A stretch of 64,000 bases of DNA, taken from Girardia tigrina. Taxonomy: Eukaryota. Both the position numbers and the translations under genes were made by a program. Of this stretch, positions 59,163 through 64,000 are shown one piece after another. Under the pieces are notes generated by a model, which saw nothing but the letters and a program-made list of their open reading frames with translations, had not been told where the DNA came from and made no database searches. Numbering within the stretch: the first letter of the stretch is position 1; every line of letters begins with the position of its first letter. The stretch spans positions 1-64,000 of the forward strand of contig MQRK01243661.1 of assembly GCA_001938485.1 (NCBI GenBank), read 5' to 3'.

Positions 59163-61644
59163 TATATGTAGTTTCCCAAACACCTTCTGAGCGGATTAAC
59201 ATTTTATAAAGATTAAGGTCTTATTCTTATGAAAATTGAATGTATCACATTTTTATATGTTATATGACTATCTGGTAAAATTGTTTTCGTTAAATCCACC
59301 AATGCTGGATGAAATTTTAATTAAAAAATCAAATAAATAGAAAAGCACATTTGTCCTCATTTCATTCAGTGTACATTCAAAGTCTTTTCCTCTCTATCTT
59401 TTATAACTTTGAAATTTACCACTAGACGTTTTCAAAATATTTCAAAATGATACTGGGCAACGAAAAGCCGTAGTTTTTATACAGATTCGAACAATGTACT
59501 GACTAAAAGAACAAGGTTTTTAATGTAAAGTATTTAATGCAGGTATCATCTTGTTTGTGTTTAATCATACAAAAATGCATATAGTTATACTGTAAACTTG
59601 TATAATGGAGAGACAAATCGTCACTTCAATACACAAATTAGTGAACAGTTACAGTTGAGTAGTTCGAGTAAGACTGTTGATTACTGAAATGTTGCAAAGA
59701 TCATCAATTTCAAAAGACGAATCGGCACATTTCAGAAAACTGATAGAAAGCAACCACATATTTCAACAATGGATTGATGAAAATCTTAATAAAACGTTAT
59801 ATGAAGAGGAAATAAATTATTTCAAAAAATCTTTGTCATCTAGTGATTGGCATTTAGCTCATATTTCTCTACTCAACTGAATAAAATCATATGAACTATT
59901 TTTACGGTCGTATTGTCCAAAAAAAGAATTACCTAAACTTGGTGTCCTACAGTCTTAGCCCTAAAAATAGCCGCCACATATCACTGCTATTTTTAACAAA
60001 ATTGGTAAATCAGTCAACTGGGCATATGACACGTCCGTCGATTTGTGTATTTCTGACAACCAGAACGGACGTGCAGCGGTCTGTGTAACAGATAAATTTA
60101 GATTCTTCCTGGTTTTAATGAAGTAAATTTTTCCAGTAAGTTAGAGATAAAGTGATGGCAGAGGTGATGATATGAGTCAGTAAAACATCAATAAAATAAT
60201 ACTTATTAATAGATGAAGAACTGTGACTAATGGTAAAATGATACAGTTCGCCAGAAGAGCGTCTGTATATGACGGTGTTGATTGACTAACCCTCATCAGT
60301 AAGTCTTCGGTGATTCATTCTGACCTTGCGTGGTATTTTTAGGTAGTACGAGTTTGCATTCATCCAATATTACATCCTTTTACCTGTGAATATCTTCTCT
60401 CGTTGGCGATTCACCAAATATTGCTTTCCCAGTGGGGGCACAGATAGAAAAGCCGATCTATGCTGTCTCATTTTTAACTCTACTTGAATTCAAGATTAAA
60501 AAATTCAATGATTTTATTTATGTCATAATTAAAGTATAATTGATAATCGAATTATTTTTGATAAAATCTCTATTGTTATTGATCATATGATTGTAATAAA
60601 TAACAAAATTTATTTATGTATGTTCACCAAACAGGTTATTGATCTATCATTACTTTGATTTATTTTCAATAAATTGTCCATCAGTTTTGATAAAATTTCT
60701 ATTCAACAAATCTGGGATGCAAACATTCCTATGTCTTGGTTCGATTCATTTGGCATTCATGACCCACCTTGAGATGAAATTATCGTAGCATTTAGTAGCC
60801 AGAAATCTTTATTTGCAACAATTTAAAAATTTATTTTCTTGAATAACTTCATTGTCCAATACTTTTGCTACAACTGTTTAAAGTCAATCAAAGGGTTATC
60901 GTGTGTTATGAGCAATGATTCACAATACAACATATCATGATGTTAATCAAAATTTTCCTGAAGAATAGACAATTCCTCTTTTTAAATTGTTGAAGTGCTA
61001 TATTTGCAACATCGAGAACCTTATTCAATCTACACGACTGTCAGTGTTCACTAATGAGACACTAATCAATTAATTAACAAAGTTGGAAAAGTAAAGCAAC
61101 CTTAAACTTAAATATCTTATAAATAAAATAAATAAATTTAATGTTTAATATTAACAATATCAATAAAATTGAACTTTAATATTAATTTCCTCATATATTA
61201 TAAAAATTAAATGAATTATTAAAATAATTCACAATACAAATAAAGTTATTGAAGGTTATCAAAGAATGTGATTGAAACATGTCTAGCAATGATTTTTTAA
61301 TAAATTTTGTTTGGTTATTATTTATTATTATTTATTAAGAACATTGAAACAAGTCTCGTTTGAATGTTTATTACAATCACATTTGGAGTCATTATGACTC
61401 TCCGAAAGTCTTTCATTGTTTGTCATTCTTCTAATTGGTTTTCTTAATTCTGTTTTTAATCATGATTATTCGAACAATTTTTCTAAATTATTTTTAAAAA
61501 TATTTAACCTCTAAAAATATTAATTAAAAAATAATAAGTTTTACCATTTCTCAATAAATCTTAAAATAATAAAAATGTCTTCAAATTATTAAAAATACAT
61601 TTAATTCAAATTTTACTAAAAAAATATTAAACTTAATATTAATT

Positions 61645-61821
61645 TTGAAATTACAAATATGAACTTATCAAATGATTATTTTAATAGTCAATCACTTTAA
61701 ATTTAAAAAAATACCCATTTCCATCTTGGTGGTGGAATCACCATTCCAAATTCAACATACTTAAATCAATATACTGCATCCATACATTTACACATTCAAA
61801 CAATTTAAAATATTCCTCACA
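61645..61821 (-). mobile_element. Solo/partial LTR of the 54310-55706 Gypsy family
   Basis: High nucleotide similarity to both LTR copies, same TCCTCACA end. Confidence 0.8.
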
Positions 61822-62647
61822 GCATTCATGACCCACCCCGAGAAGAAATTATCGTTAAATTTAGGTTTTCTTGATTAAGTATTTTAAATTTTAAAGCTAA
61901 GAACTACTATATATGTAACTATATGCAATCCTATACCAAGTAAAAGTTTCAAATTATTATTTATTTAATTAACAACAGCCTTGATAAATTATAGATTTAA
62001 CTCAAATTATAAGTAAACATTGAGTTATAAAATTTAAATATTATTTTATACAATTAAGACTTTATTGTATAAACTACAGTTCTGCAATTAGCTTAAATTT
62101 AAGTAGTTCTCTTAACTGGAAAATAGTCTTCAATACATTAACAGACACAAGTATGAGATGTATTAAAGTAACATTTTATCAATTAGGAATACATTTAAAT
62201 GTGGTACAATACGATCTGGGTAAAAGTGTATTCTTTTGGCAAAAACATCGAAGTGACCCTTTCGATATCAAATATGGTTTCTCAAATGGTGATAGACACC
62301 ATGAATTTATTAAAAACATTTTTTGTCGTGTAATAATTTCTTTTAATTGTTTCACTTCAACTAGTTGAAATGAATTTTATTCAATCATCTGGGATAATTA
62401 GGTGTCCCTTTCATCAAACAAATTTGCAAACTTATCCATCACACTATGAAAAGGTTTTACTGAAAATCTAATAGCTGTCAAGCTAAAGAAACAATATAAA
62501 GTTAAAAATACAGTTCATCTTCTTAGTGGAAAGAAATCATTTTTTATAGAAATTATTTACATGGAAATATAATTTCATATATAGCGCAATTTAAAGACTC
62601 ACTCAATCAATTACAGGGTTGTTCGTAATTATATATACAGTGTGCAG

Positions 62648-62649
<2 letters not shown>

Positions 62650-62712
<63 letters not shown>
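62650..62712. repeat. (TA)n microsatellite abutting LINE 3' end
   Basis: Direct observation. Confidence 0.9.
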
Positions 62713-62713
<1 letters not shown>

Positions 62714-64000
62714 CTTCTTTTTGACCTTAGCCGTTGGGCCGTGGGTGCAATTATAAACAAGGTACAATTATAAACAAGCCTTCGCCACATCTTTCTACTT
62801 ATAGCTTCTTTTCTCAGAAATTCCATACTGAGTCCAGTCCATTATTTTAAATCGTCCATCCATTGCCTCTTTGATCTTCCTCTTGGACTTTCTCCTTCCA
62901 CTCTTCCCTCAATCATAACCTTTGCTAATGCTTGTTTTCTTATTTGATGACCGTAAAATTTCAGCTTCCTTCTCTTGATGATCTCTTCTATTGATTCCGG
63001 TCTTTTACCTAGTATTTCTGTCATTCTCCTCCAAACAAAGTCATTTATCTTCTTTTCTTTCCACATGATCTTCAGCATTCTCCTGTAGCACTTCATTTCA
63101 AAAGCTTTAAGCCTATTCATACTCTTTTGATTTATTGCCCAACTCTCGCATCCATAGAGGAGTGCCCAGACAACAGCCTTAGTGATCTTCAATCTGCTCT
63201 TGAGATGGATTTCTTTGAGGTTAAAAACTGTGATAAGCTTAATCATTGCGCTTGTTGATATACCAATCCGGCTTCTGATTTCTTCTGCGCTTCCCCCATT
63301 CTCTGTGATAGTAGAGCCTAAATATTTGAAACTCCTTACTGGTTCCAGCTTCTCCCCTTCAATGAAAATCTCCAGTTTAACCTCGTTGTTATGGTTTCCT
63401 GAAACCATTACTTTGCTTTTTTGTCTGTTGATTTCCATTCCGAAATTGTTTGACGCTTTGTGTAATCTGTTCGCGAGTTCCTGAATCTCTGCCTCATCTT
63501 TGCCGATTAGGTCTATGTCCTCAGCAAATCGTAGGTTGGTTATTCTTGTTCCTCCGCAGCTTATTCCAACATCGTCTAGATCTTCTATTGCTTCCATAAC
63601 AATTCTCTCAAGAAAAAGGTTGAACAGTGTTGGTGAAAGAATGCAACCTTGTCTTACTCTTACTGATGATTTAAACCAGTCGCTAAATTGCTCACTTGTC
63701 AACACTTTTATCTTTGCATCTTCGTAAAGGCTCTTAATAATATTCGTGATATGTTTTCCTATGTTGTGTTTATTTATTGTGTGCCATAATGCTTTGTGCT
63801 ACACCCTGTCAAAAGCTTCTTTGAAATCTATAAAGTTATGACATTATTCGTTTGTGGTCTCTTGTTTTCTCACAAATTAGTCTTAAGTTGGTTATCTGCT
63901 CCGTAGTGCTGCGGTCTCTTCTGAAGCCTGCCTGCATCTTACTAAGAACTTGCTCCACTTTCGGTGTGATTCTTCTTTGTAAGACTTTCAGCATAACCTT
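62713..64000 (-). mobile_element. RTE-like non-LTR retrotransposon, 3' part, inactivated
   Basis: QAGFR, NFIDFKEAFDRV, VRQGCILSPTLFN, LRFAED (FADD mutated), FKYLGS, LLYGCESW, EGRVEGESPRGRSKRQWMDDL. Confidence 0.92.

Noticed and set aside
60752-61856. ~34-bp duplication GCATTCATGACCCACC..GAGA.GAAATTATCGT as a target-site duplication of the solo LTR
   Set aside because: Too long and mispositioned for a Gypsy TSD, and no TG start at the left copy

Overview
AT-rich animal genomic DNA with spliceosomal introns; the host taxon cannot be fixed from sequence alone. Bases 1 to ~12.1 kb are the right-hand part of an integrated Polinton/Maverick (adintovirus-like) element. It carries an adenain-type protease, penton, an adenovirus-pX-like protein, double-jelly-roll major capsid, a parvovirus-type phospholipase A2 fused to a DDE integrase, a packaging ATPase, four small accessory genes and a repeat/palindrome-rich terminal region. 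The pPolB gene is not in the window. The element has two families of triloop hairpins, some apparently inserted into genes, and several single-base lesions. From 13156 onward lies a host PTPN9/PTP-MEG2-like gene (Sec14/CRAL-TRIO plus tyrosine phosphatase) on the + strand; 10 coding exons are resolved and it continues past the window. Its large introns are packed with mariner, Tc1/IS630, DD37E, pogo, Chapaev3, hAT and piggyBac MITEs, Gypsy, Penelope (with minimal hammerhead ribozymes) and RTE-like LINE remnants. All family assignments come from motif recognition by eye, not database searches.
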